This document shows positions 24,819 to 38,168 of a stretch of 64,000 nucleotides of DNA, one piece after another. Position numbers and translations under genes: made by a program. The stretch lies in NCBI RefSeq assembly GCF_964355755.1, contig NC_092675.1:3963812-4027811 (forward strand). The letters are read 5' to 3'. Below the pieces are notes generated by a model. That model made no database searches, was not told the DNA's origin, and saw only the letters and a list, made by a program, of their open reading frames with translations. Source of the DNA: Antedon mediterranea (lineage: Eukaryota; Animalia; Echinodermata). Every line of letters begins with the position of its first letter. The first letter of the stretch is position 1.

Positions 24819-27800
24819 GAGAAGACTCATAGAATTGATGACTGTCCACTAAAGGTACTGCAACCAACCTAAAGTTGACTTCAAGCTTCCAGAAAAGAAA
24901 ATATATATTCAATTCTACATTAAAGAATTTTAATGATTATGATATTGGGATTCAATTTTTACTGATCATCAATGATTTAACATAATTGTGACGCTTTCTT
25001 TTAAAATTAACTGACCAAAACAGGCAAGTTAGAAGTTTTACAGGCCCATCATAGTTTTACTGGCCAGCAGACCTGTTCTAAATCGAACACTACACACACG
25101 CAAAAATATGATGATTCAAGTATACAAATAAGCACTTATACATTTGACCTTCACATATTCATACATACAGTATTACATACAAGATAGATAAATCATAAAT
25201 CATCAATATGCAGAGATTGATTAATTATTACATTTAATTAATTGCCTCTATCAATATGCTCTTGGGAAGGTAGCCAAGAACTATCTAAAAAATCCATTTT
25301 ATGCAAAATAGAAAACTATTTTGGAAATCTTTTAATCTATTTTCCCATTAAAAACCTGTAGGTATAAATTTGTTTTGTATTTAACAGTTCTACGATGTTC
25401 ACCTTAGAAGTGAACTTCTGACCTTAAGCTTAGAGAGTTTCACGTCACGACTCTTAAAAAAATCAGACAAGCAAATTGCGTTGTATTGTTTACTTGTACC
25501 TAATATGGATAGTTAGAAAATTTAAAACATTTATCAATAAGATCAAACATGATACAAGCAGCGCTTATTCATTAAAATTTGTGTTTCCAAAGTCTTAAAT
25601 ATATCCGCCCGATAATATTTATGATGAACCAAACCATTTACGATGTGAAGTGTCAGTTTTGATATTCTTCACGCGAAGATGTAGAATTCTATCTTTTACC
25701 AATAATGGTTGTGCTTAATTGAGTCAAAAGCCTCCGCATTTTGTGTCTAGATATTTGCGTACGCTTGTAATAAAATCACTATGACACACGGTTCTTGATG
25801 GCTAACTGAAGATCTTTAGGCAAGGTATGTGGCAAAGGAGTGCAAAAATAAAGGTTAAATTTGAACGAACTGGTAAACATAAAAAAGGACTCGTTATATT
25901 ATACAATATAGAACTAATCAAAGGATAAAGGTCACTGAAGTAAACTTATTTTCTGGAAAAACAATGAATATTTAAATATAAAATTTCCATTAATTTCTAA
26001 ATATATTTTTTATAAAATATAGATTTTAATGCATGCTATATTTCAACCAAATTAATAGTACCATAATAAGTAAATAAGTCAGTAAATATAAAAAAAATAA
26101 GTTATGTTTTTATATTTTCAAATTTAGTTTTTCGTCAATTTTTTGTTATCATCTATATTAAAATAATATCTGTAAAATTACTAAAGGTTAATCTCAAAAT
26201 CATTGTAACATCAGATTCATATTGATATGTAAATAACAACATATGTAAATAACACCATATGTAAATTTAACGGATGAATAAAACTAATTCAGTCACTATA
26301 CTATACTAATTTTCCAAACTGCGATGGAGAATTTTACCACCCATTAAATTTCTGACATAAAATATATGAGTTAAATAACTGTTAAATACAGTAGAAAGAA
26401 TTGATTATTTTTAAACGTTAAATGTGTTTTCTATGACGTATAAAACAAAAATATCTAATTACACTGAGAGCCTAACATCAATTAATACAGACTTCTGATA
26501 GTTACATCATTGCCTATATCGATGATAACAACTTCGTTTTATAGGGAAGTCATTTAACCTTAATTATTCATAATGAATGTACATAAAAAGCAATAAAATA
26601 TATAGCATTCTTTTATTACAGACATGAAACGGAATGTAAATTATGCATTTACATCTGTCGCAGAGCATTTAATCAAATTTACGCCTGTCCACAAAAAGGG
26701 CTGCTTTTTAAAACCAAAACAGCGCAATGTCTAAAAGCGCTTAACATTTAGAAATGATCGTGAACAATTATGTACAAGTGAAATACTCATCAAACATAAA
26801 ACAGGGAATTAGTTTTGCAGTGATTACATTTTACATGAAAGTTAAAACATCATAGAAAATATGGTGTCATGTTACGAGAGAGGTAAATACATGTAATTTA
26901 AAACTGAAAATATCTGAAAATGCATGCCACAATTAAGTGAGAATAATTGAGTTGAAATGCATGTTATAAAATCACGGTGGGGATATCTACAATATCTACA
27001 TTTCAGTAAGATAAGTTTAAGTTATTTCAATGTCTTTTTTTGTTTGTATTGTAACAAACAAACAAACAAAAAACAATTAAATTAAACTATGAAATATTTT
27101 GTTGTCATTCTGATATTATTACTATGAACAAACGAGGGCGGATTGGAAACAATCCTATTTGGTGAAACCTAAATGTTCTTCTATAGATGGCAAGGTTTCA
27201 TGGTAACATTGCCGATTCACATGAACTTTCATGATTAAGATGTGTTGATGAACCAGCAAAAGCTCAAGTAAAAGTTTTAAGATTAATTCTATTGTATGAT
27301 CAAAAAGAAAATGGTTCTAATATACAGAGATCTTGATGAACCTTTTCACTAAGATATGTATACTTGTGTAAAGTGTATTTTCAATTGATTTCATGGTTTC
27401 AAAGGCTTTGATAACATTTAAAGAGTTATGTATTTATTTAGTGTAATATAAGAATTGTATATTTATGATGGATATATATAAAAGATGAATAAATGTATTA
27501 TAGATTTAATAATCGTTTAAACAAACCCAGTAAATTCTTTTTGCTAGACAGCTTTGACAAAAGTAAAACCTTTCTCAACATCACCATTGGCTGTTTTCAA
27601 GGCAGCGTGAAAAAAACACATTTATGATGGTTCGAAAACCCCAGTAATAAATTGATGACTGCGGTAAATTGCGGGAATCTTTGAAGTAAATAATAGCAAA
27701 CCTTGGTAATGAAATTCGGTAGGGTAGCACAGATTATATGACCTTCAGAAGACGCACATTAAAAAGCCATTGAGAGCAACAAAAGACGCCTATTAGTTAG

Positions 27801-30800
27801 TGTAGCTCCTATTATTCATAGGCATCTTGTAAGTAGTGGATATTAACAGTATCAAAACAAACTAATCTATTTTCATACAATAATACAAATTACAGGTTAA
27901 AAGAGGCAGGTAGGATATAAATATTTTGATGGAACTTTTCTTTCTATCAGGCATTAGCATTAATAAAGCAATTCAATTCGAAAGATAACAGTAGTATTTT
28001 ACAAGAAAATAACATGATTACTATTCCATATATGGAAGAATTACATTGAAATAATGTTAAATACAAGGTCGATAAAGACAATGAAAATGTTTTATTTATA
28101 ATGTAGAAAAGTATTATTTTAACTGATGATTGAATTGAATGTAATATATACTTTATGAAGAATAAAGATTAAGCCTAAAGAAACAATATATTCCAATTGA
28201 CATTCACAATCAAGGTCATCAAAAATGAATTATATTTATTTAACTTTCATATGCTATCCTTGAATAGCATTACCTAGAGAAACATTTCAATTGATATGAA
28301 TGAAGAAAATAAAAACACTGTTTTTATATTCCATTTAGGTTGATAAATAAATGTATTTTTTAAGGAGTAATTAAAAAAAAATAAAAATACTGAATTTTAT
28401 TAACACAATTAATTTTAAAAACACAATGTTGACTTAGTAACAGAATTAATTAAACTGAAAGTGTTTTATTTATTAGCTACATGATATGTATATTTATATT
28501 ATTTTGTTTTATTTGATATATCAAATGTTTTATATGTAGTGGGTACGGAATGTGTTTGGGCTTTTGCCTATTCTCACTCCTGGTCAATATTCATTGGTCA
28601 ATAAATAAAAATAAAACCGTGTATGAATTGAAGTATTTCCTCCTTGGAAGACTCTAGACTACAAAACTGTTAATATTCAATGCTAATTGTTGAAATTATC
28701 AAGTTAATTTTAACTAATATTTGCGGCGTTTGATGGTTGTTCCCTTGTTGATTAATTTTAACTGTAATTTGTTTAAACTATACTTTATTATAAATTTATG
28801 GTAATTAATAATATTTGAGTAATTTAATAATGAAACTCAAATGGAAAAGGGCAAATTACAAAGTTGTTTTAATTGTTAAATAGAAGAAATTATTCCCCAA
28901 AGGGCAAAAATACTTGAATGGTTCAATGGAGGATAAGTAAAAAAAGGTTTGGTTAATTAAAATTAAGTTTTTATTATTCTAAGTTTAATTAGTTTTTCCT
29001 ATCATAATTAAGTCCCAGACATTAAATTTATTAATGAGATAACAAAAATAAAAACTTTAAATAATCTACATAATTAAAATTAATTACAAATAATAATTCT
29101 CATATTGACTTATATACAAATATAAATTTATATTAAGTTTTAACATCATTTAAAGTTTAACAATTTAATTAAAATCAATTATGTTTGCACTGGAATATTT
29201 CTGGAAACAATTTTTCTAAAATGGTACAAAAAATGCAGGTGTCCACAAAGTAGTTCTAAAGCAAGAAAATACATCAACTTTAAAATTAAAAAAATAGATG
29301 ATAAAATAGAAATGGAAAATAGAGATGTGCTAGAAGTAAAAAATTAGATTGTACTTCTCCAGTAAACAAAACTGTATTTCAATAAAGTTGTTAGATGCAG
29401 AACAGCAACAAGAACAAAGAAGAACCAGAACTCTGAACCTTTTGCTTGTCCTGCCATTTAGACCACCGATATGTTGAAGAACAATTGATTCTTTTGACCC
29501 TCATTATGATATGTTGGAACATCACTAGAATTATATTTTATATTGCTTTTATTCATTTTATTATTATATTAAAAATGTGTATATTAATTGGGTACTTATT
29601 TCCAGAAGTACATCCTTTAAAAAAATTAAAAAAATTCTAGAGCTTCAATTTTTATTTAGTAAATAAATCAAGAAGTAATATTCATATATTGCACAGAACG
29701 AGAACATTAAATATAAATTTAAATTTTAGTGTACAAAAATATAAAATGAATAACAAAAAAGCATTTCTAGTTCTGATGGCCTATTTCTTATGAACTTTCA
29801 TGATTTACTACCATCAAACCAGCAATGAAAATTTTAAAACTATTTTTACGTCTTCTAATATATGATGTATTACATTTAAAATTAGAAAAAAAAAATTATC
29901 AGGGGGTTAAGAAAGGAAGTAAAATAAATACCTTTACTTCTCGGAAGAAATATTCTCAAATGCTTATTGATAAGTTCCGAAAAAGCATCATTACCTGTCA
30001 GATGGTGAAGTATAGAGGGCATGCTACGACTGTGGTACGTCAATTTAGTGGCAATTTTGTTGACATTTTTTACATTTTCCATCATTACTCTAGAGAAGAA
30101 AATGAGTTTTAAATAGATTTTTATTTTTTAATCAATATTTTAGAGCAAGAATAAATCACACGCAGAAGAGTAAACTACAGTAAAAGATTTTCACAGTATT
30201 TTGATTATTGTACTCTTTAGGTCCAAAATCAAAACTATTATTTATGGTTTTCTGTATCTTCTATAATTTCTGTTACAATTCCATATTGCACTAAGCCCTA
30301 TGTACCCATGCCCCCTCCCCCAAACTCTAGTCTGAAGAGTAGTCAAATAAATTATAAGAAAACTATTGTTTGAATTTAAATATTTGTTTTGTTTCATGGG
30401 CTTCTCCTGTATGTTTTTGTTGTTGAATTCTTTATCTTGTTTTCAATGATTTTATATTTTATATAGTGACAAATTTGAAACAGAATGTAATATAGGTCAT
30501 GATGCTTACTAACAACAAGTGCATCAACTGATTAGTGCATGTAAATACTCTAATCATATTATTTGCTTTCATGTAATTTCATGTTTCCTATATTCAAATG
30601 TCCTTCTTCGAAAATCCCCTATCAATTGTAACAGTATCTTTACATATGTCAAGATATCTGAATTCTGTTAATCACTGTTTTCATTGCAAATAAAGAAACT
30701 CCTCCTTATCAAGAGGACCATGAACCTGTGAGTCAAGATACACTAATCTTAAATACTAAGTGTTACTTCTTCGCTGTGTATTTTGGAATATCCTATTTAT

Positions 30801-31179
30801 CCTGAATCAGATGTGATGCACTGTGATTCAATAGTACTAAAAAGTGTGAATCATCATCATACTATTCACACATTGGTCAAATTCTGTAGTATAATTTCTT
30901 GGAATTCTAAGTACTATTCTAAAATTTAATGACAGAGTTTGTTATGATTCAGATGTTGTCATCCAGTGGTGAATCATATTGCATTAAACATATAAATACT
31001 AGTTGTCTAGCTACTTTGCATTTGTAAGGTATAGTGGAAGTGATGGAGAATGAGGTGATGAAGGATAGAGGTAAACACACGAATATTTGCCATATGTCAA
31101 TGGCAGTGAGCTGGAAATAAATATGACAAAGACACCATTGTCATAATAGTGGTGAAAATACACCAATAGTAATCAAATA

Positions 31180-33119
31180 GTCACCAACAAACTGTAAGAT
31201 TTGGTAACCAACAAACTGTCAGATATGGTCACCAATAACCTATATGATTGTCATCAACCAACTGTAAGCTATGGTCACCAACAAACTGTAAGATATGGTC
31301 ACCAACAAACTGTAAGATATGGTCACCAACAAACTGTAAGATATGATCAACAACAAACTATAAGATATGGTCACCAATAAACTGTAAGAATTGGTCACCA
31401 ACAAACTATAAGATATGATCAACAACAAACTATAAGATATGGTCGCCAATAAACTGTAAGATTTGGTCACCAACAAACTGTAAGATATGATCAACAACAA
31501 ACTATAAGATATGGTTGCCAATAAACTGTAAGATTTGGTCACCAACAAACTGTACGATATGGTCACCAACAAACTGTAAGATTTGGTAACCAACAAACTG
31601 TCAGATATGGTCACCAATAACCTATATGATTGTCATCAACCAACTGTAAGCTATGGTCACCAACAAACTGTAAGATATGGTCACCAACAAACTGTACGAT
31701 ATGGTCACCAACAAACTGTAAGATTTGGTAACCAACAAACTGTCAGATATGGTCACCAATAACCTATATGATTGTCATTAACCAACTGTAAGCTATGGTC
31801 ACAAAAAAACTGTAAAATATGGTCACCAACAAACTGTAAGATTTGGTCAGCAACAAACTGTAAGATATGGTCACCAACAAACAATAAGATATGGTCACAA
31901 ATAAACTGTAAGATATGGTCACAAACAAACTGTAAGATTTAGTCACCAACAAACTGTAAGATATGATCAACAACAAACTATAAGATATGGTCACCAATAA
32001 ACTGTAAGAATTGGTCACCAACAAACTATAAGATATGATCAACAACAAACTATAAGATATGGTCGCCAATAAACTGTAAGATTTGGTCACCAACAAACTG
32101 TAAGATATGATCAACAACAAACTATAAGATATGGTTGCCAATAAACTGTAAGATTTGGTCACCAACAAACTGTACGATATGGTCACCAACAAACTGTACG
32201 ATATGGTCACCAACAAACTGTAAGATTTGGTAACCAACAAACTGTCAGATATGGTCACCAATAACCTATATGATTGTCATCAACCAACTGTAAGCTATGG
32301 TCACCAACAAACTGTAAGATATGGTCACCAACAAACTGTACGATATGGTCACCAACAAACTGTAAGATTTGGTAACCAACAAACTGTCAGATATGGTCAC
32401 CAATAACCTATATGATTGTCATCAACCAACTGTAAGCTATGGTCACAAACAAACTGTAAGATATGGTCACCAACAAACTGTAAGATTTGGTCAGCAACAA
32501 ACTGTAAGATATGATCAACAACAAACTATAAGATATGGTCGCCAATAAACTGTAAGATTTGGTCACCAACAAACTGTAAGATATGGTCACCAATAAACTG
32601 TAAGATTTGGTCACCAACAAACTGTCAGATATGGTCACCAATAACCTATATGATTGTCATCAACCAACTGTAAGCTATGGTCACCAACAAACTGTAAGAT
32701 ATGGTCATTAACAAACTGTACGATATGGTCACCAACAAACTGTAAGATTTGGTAACCAACAAACTGTCAGATATGGTCACCAATAACCTATATGATTGTC
32801 ATCAACCAACTGTAAGCTATGGTCACCAACAAACTGTAAGATATGGTCACCAACAAACTGTAAGATATGGTCACCAACAAACTGTAAGATATGGTCACCA
32901 ACAAACTGTAAGATATGGTCACCAACAAACTGTAAGATATGGTCACCAACAAACTGTAAGTTATGGTCACCAATAATCTATATGATTGTAATCAAGAAAA
33001 TGTAAGATATGGACACCAACAAACTGTAAGATATGGTTACCAACAAACTCTAAGATTTGTTTACCAACAACCTGTAAGATATGGTCACCAACAAACAATA
33101 TGATTGTCATCAACCAAAT
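31180..33119. repeat. 24-bp minisatellite (~80 units; TGGTCACCAACAAACTGTAAGATA) with higher-order organisation
   Basis: Directly visible; gives rise to the spurious (VTISYSLL)n and (YGHQQTVR)n ORFs. Confidence 0.98.
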
Positions 33120-33123
33120 TTAA

Positions 33124-33971
33124 CCCTTTCACTGCGGAGCATTATTCCCACCTCTGTGCGTAATATATATTTAGGAAAAACATATGATATTTTAATTAAT
33201 TGCAAAAAAATACTAATTGAGATAATTGTGTAATTATTTTTGTGGTGTGTGATGGGCAAAGCGTTAGTCTACAGTTTGGTATAAAAAAAAAGTAATTTGC
33301 ATATTGATGACGTCATGTGACGTCATTACAGGTATTTTGGATTTCGTGTTTTTTATCGAATCAATGATAAAAACTATATTTTCTATAAGAAATTCTTATG
33401 GAATACGTTTTTCCAACTGGATATTGATGATGTATAACAAATAAAAATATTTAAACAAATTGAATTATTTTTATTGTTTTATAAAAATTATGCACAAATC
33501 AAAGTTTTGGGGCAAAATCGTGAAAATAATGACATTTTCAAAAAATTCACTATAGTACAAAAACTAACTATTGTTTCAGAATTTTTTTTTTTACGTGTTG
33601 TGATAAACACTATGTTGCCCTATTGGGGCTGGTAAATTGTTGTTACTTTCAAAATGGCCGCCATTACGCTACTCAAAACAACTTTCTAAGATAGAAGTAC
33701 TATTATATACTATACTATATATAATATAACTATAGAGGGCGCATTATTTTCAAGACGATAATACAACTATAGAGGGCCGTTTTTTTTTCTGGAAAAAATT
33801 TTTAATGACTTGCAAAAATATTCAAGTTCATCGAAAAAATACAGAGGGTGCTATCTATTATAGGCAAATACGATTAAATCATTGGTTTGCCCATACCCGG
33901 TATTACCGGATATACGTATTTCAACGACGTCTGTTTATACCCGGTAGTACCGGGTATACGCAGTGAAAGAG
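33124..33971. mobile_element. piggyBac-like non-autonomous element
   Basis: TTAA at 33120-33123 and 33972-33975; TIRs CCCTTTCACTGCG / CGCAGTGAAAGAG; subterminal repeated palindrome ATACCCGGTAKTACCGGRTATACG; no ORF. Confidence 0.88.
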
Positions 33972-36891
33972 TTAAGCTATAGTCAATATATGAATGTAAA
34001 TTATGGTATAATAATGGATATAAGGAAAAGGATCATTAATAATTATGAAGAGGTACATTTTTTAGAAATCTTATATACAAATTCTAATAGAACATTAGCA
34101 AAAATGGCCATATTTAATAACCTTCCATTACATCTGAGAGCATAATTCATATTCATATTAAATGTAATCAAAATCACTGAATAACACAAATAAGAATTGC
34201 TTTTGACTTTTACTTGTCAAAGTTGTTTTATTTTGTAACTATTCTATCAACATATTTTAGAAAAGTAGTACGCAAGACTTTTAACCCCAGTTTTTTTTTA
34301 TATTGAGTTAAGATTATGTATATTCATTAGGATGATAGCAAAGCTGATACCCAAGAGCGAGGTAGTGTCACTTTAATATGAAAGGGTTAACAAGAGTCAA
34401 GGTTTGCATGGCACTAAGAATGACAAATTTTGCTCATTATTCTTTTCAAAACATTTTAGATTTACTTTTATATGAATAATTGAGGTTCAAGGAAACATGT
34501 ATAAAAATAAGTTCTCAAATTAACATTTTAATGGAATTTATTTCATTTTATTATATTAGAATAAGGAATGTCAGAAATGATTAAACAAAATTATTGAATA
34601 AAAGAGAATATATTAAATTCATTGATATTTAATATAAATAATAGTTTTCTTATATAGAAAACAAAATTGAATAAAGCAGAATAGGAAATGGCAAAATTGA
34701 TAAACGAAAAAGCTTGTTGGAAAATATATTTTAAGATGGGCCTTTAGAGTTAAAAGTGTAGATATAGATAAATCAAGGAAATTGAGTTTCTAATCAACTG
34801 GAAAATTTGGAAAATACTTTTCTAATACTTTTAGTTCATCCAGTCAGAAGAAATGCTTCTTTTTACGAAAATTCTAGTTCAGTAGTTTGAGTACACATAA
34901 TGAGTGTACGCTACTGCAATTTCATCAACAATCGTTGAAACTTGCTAATCGTAATGAGGAACAATTATTTTGAAAAAAAAATATTGAAGAAAGCTGTAGG
35001 CGATATAATCTGAAGAGGTCAAATGATTTCCACAGTTAAACTGACACATCGGATAACAGTACAGTTCCAAATGTTGAAGTAGCCAATAATTAAAATAATG
35101 TTTTTAACTTTTTCAATGGCGTTGTACTGAACACTTTTTGCATAAAGTCAAACACACAGATTTTTATAATTGTATATATATGCTATTAAGTTTTAGTAAT
35201 ATTAATATTTTTTTCTAACCACTAATTTGTTTATTTAGATAATCTTAATTTATGTAGATTTTAAAAATAATTTTGTTATACAAATATTGAGATGCAAATA
35301 ACTACAAAAGAAAATAAATATAATGAAATATGTATGGTGGCAAGAGGAAAACAAATCAAACAAAAAAACCATGCCAAAGATTGAACACCTCATCTCCTTT
35401 CCCAACATCATGGTCAACCACTGAAAAAAAAGACGCCACCATATAGATAAGGATTTGATCTAATTTGTAGTGCCTCACACAGAAGACCAAGCCTAAAACC
35501 TCATGTCATTGATGAATAACATTTCCTAATATAAAAAGTATTTCAAGTTTTATAAAACTCATACAAAAATAATAAAAGTAAAAGATAACATTAAAAAAAC
35601 ACGATTTTAAAAATAAAGCAATTTTCAAAGAGCTTGTAATATAAGTTAATAAACAGGTTTTCTAAACTGATGGTAATTGTTAATAACTAAAAAAGAATAA
35701 TTTGTATCATGCATAATGTATAAGATTTAAATTAGTACGAATAATAATGAGTATCTAATAACTTCATATCAACATTCCTGTCATGAACTGCATGCTTATA
35801 AGAAATCAAGACTAATTGACCTTCCAACCTCTTATACTTTATTAACAGTAAAACATTCTTCTAATATTGGTCTATTGTTTGGTTTTGTAATATAAGAAAA
35901 TCTGATGCACTGTAGGTAGACTTTAAATACACAATTTTACATAGACTTTGTTTATGATATATCGTATCAAAATGTTACACATTATTTTTATTTTTACCAA
36001 TCTTCAGAAACCTCTACTAGAAAGAGCATCAACAGAAGACACGCTGATTTGTTTTTGTTTGAAAGTTAAAGGATGTTAATTGGCATAGCAACGCAATTAA
36101 CTATGATGAAATTATTATCAAAAGCACTTTACTTTTTAATATAGCAATGTTTTGACATGACATTGTAGATTGATGGAAGATGTTACCAATATTGGTATAC
36201 AAACACCTATCAGGATCTCTTACAAAGGGATACATTACCATAAATGATCCAATAAGTACTGCTGTCGAAAAACCACCATGCCAGGCTGTATCACAATATT
36301 CTTTGTTGTGCTTTAGTCAAGCACATGATTGGATTAGACTAACAGTGTAGTAAGACAACTGGTCAGATGTTTGCCCTATTTTGATGTTTTACTTATTTTA
36401 AAACATAAACTCAAACTTAATGCCACTAAAATAAAAGCCAAAAAAATTGTTTTACTCTTTTTGTTTTGTGTGTATGTCTGTCTGTCATGAACGATTTGTC
36501 AACTATTGAGGGCAGTGATTATATTTTCACTATTTGGCTAATTTTCAGAAATATGCTTTAAAAAAAAGTTAACAAGTTTACATCTAATGTGCATAAAACA
36601 AGTTTATACAAACTGGCAAACAATCGTATCTTTGTCATGAAAATTGAAATGCGACAAATTATATCAGATTAGATCGTGACTGTTTCTGGCTTACAAAAAA
36701 AATGAAGGAATGTAATTACAGAAAAAATTCTAATTTAGAAAGTAGATTTGATATTGAAAAAAAATGTTTGTATAATACTGATTGTCTAAAATCTCAATTT
36801 CAGGTTGTCTTTACTCTGTTCAACTAAATAATTGTTAAGCTTATAGTTAGAAATGTTACTTTACTTGGCAGTATCTGCTGCTTCGGACTTG

Positions 36892-37155
36892 AAGGTCAGG
36901 TCATATGCAGGTTGGGTCATGGAGTTCAGGTCATATGAAGGTAAGGTTATATGGAGGTCAGGTCAAATGGAGGTTGGGTCATGGAGTTCAGGTCATATGA
37001 AGGTAAGGTTATATGGAGGTCAGGTCAAATGGAGTTTGGATCATAAAGAGTTCATGTCATATGAAGGTTGAGTTATATGGTGGAGGATCATATAGAGGTC
37101 AGGTCATGTTGAGGTCATGTGTTATGCAGGTCAGTTCATATGGAGATCAGGTGAT
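36892..37155. repeat. ~16-bp minisatellite (GGAGGTCAGGTCATAT) with an exact 62-bp duplication
   Basis: Tandem units; 36909-36970 is repeated at 36971-37032. Confidence 0.9.
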
Positions 37156-37905
37156 TGAATTCCACCAACAAAAACTTATGTACGGTATTGAATAGTTATT
37201 TTTTTTAATTCACTAAAATTTAAAGATTGATTAAATAATATTACTTAAAATTAATGTATAAGGATTAATAATAAAATAAATATAATAATTATTTACTTTT
37301 AGATTCATTAAGTTAAATTTTCTGATTCACTCCTACAATAAAAAAAGAATTTGTAAAAGGGATTTGAAATAATGTTGAACAAATCCAGACAAGACATTTG
37401 TAATTCAACTTATAATAGACTGCATGAACCAAGTAAAATTGTATTGAAAAATCACAAACGACTTCAGTTTAGTGTTACAATTTTGCATATAAATACTATA
37501 AAATCTAGTGTGATATTGTGGCCGACATTGCAAGAGCAAACAAATCCTCACGGAGCAAGGCATATTGCGATCTAAACCTAGTGATAAATCTGTAAACGAT
37601 GACCCCAAACGACCTTAGAAATTAGAAACCGACACTAAAAAAATTCACAATTTGTCAAAACAAATTCTCATTTTGTTTTGCGTACATATAGTGTTTGTGT
37701 AATACGCTTGTTTTTTTCCCAACAATTTCTTAATCAATCTCTGAATGTAGGTTGTGCCTATGAGGTGATATTTTGTGTATCAAATTCCTGCACTTCTTTC
37801 AACAAATACCCCAATCTACAGCTTCCTCTCATGTCAAAATGTTCTAATTGACTTTCAATACATCAGACAATGCCGATGAGAATATATGCAAACATTAACC
37901 TATTG

Positions 37906-38168
37906 CTAATTGAAATGTCTGCCGCTTCACGTGGAGACGTAAAATGAAGCCTTATAACATCAAATTTACGTAATATAGTGCTAATTGAAATGTCTGCCAC
38001 TTCACATGGAGATGCAAAATGGGGGTGTGCCCTCTGCAAAATAAAATTGTGTGAAACGAAATGTTTCTCTTGATACGAAGTGATTCTAGGTGTAAAAAGG
38101 GGTGTACTCAGTAACATTGAATTTATGTAACATGTCACTAATTGAAATGTCTGTCAGACGTAAAATGA
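37906..38168. repeat. Three spaced copies of CTAATTGAAATGTCTG...GACGTAAAATG
   Basis: Copies start at 37906, 37981 and 38138 (third internally shortened); probably internal repeats of an old transposon. Confidence 0.7.

Noticed and set aside
30283-30300. miR-92-like seed TATTGCAC (also let-7-like TGAGGTAG at ~51160)
   Set aside because: Only the seed matches; no mature-length match or precursor hairpin.
30600-30720. GGVSLF and IGDF motifs on the minus strand suggesting an APE endonuclease relic
   Set aside because: Spacing is too short and the surrounding frames are uninterpretable.
31180-33119. CRISPR-like array or repetitive membrane-protein ORFs
   Set aside because: Units are head-to-tail with no unique spacers and no cas genes; ORFs are broken by the 22-bp variant units.
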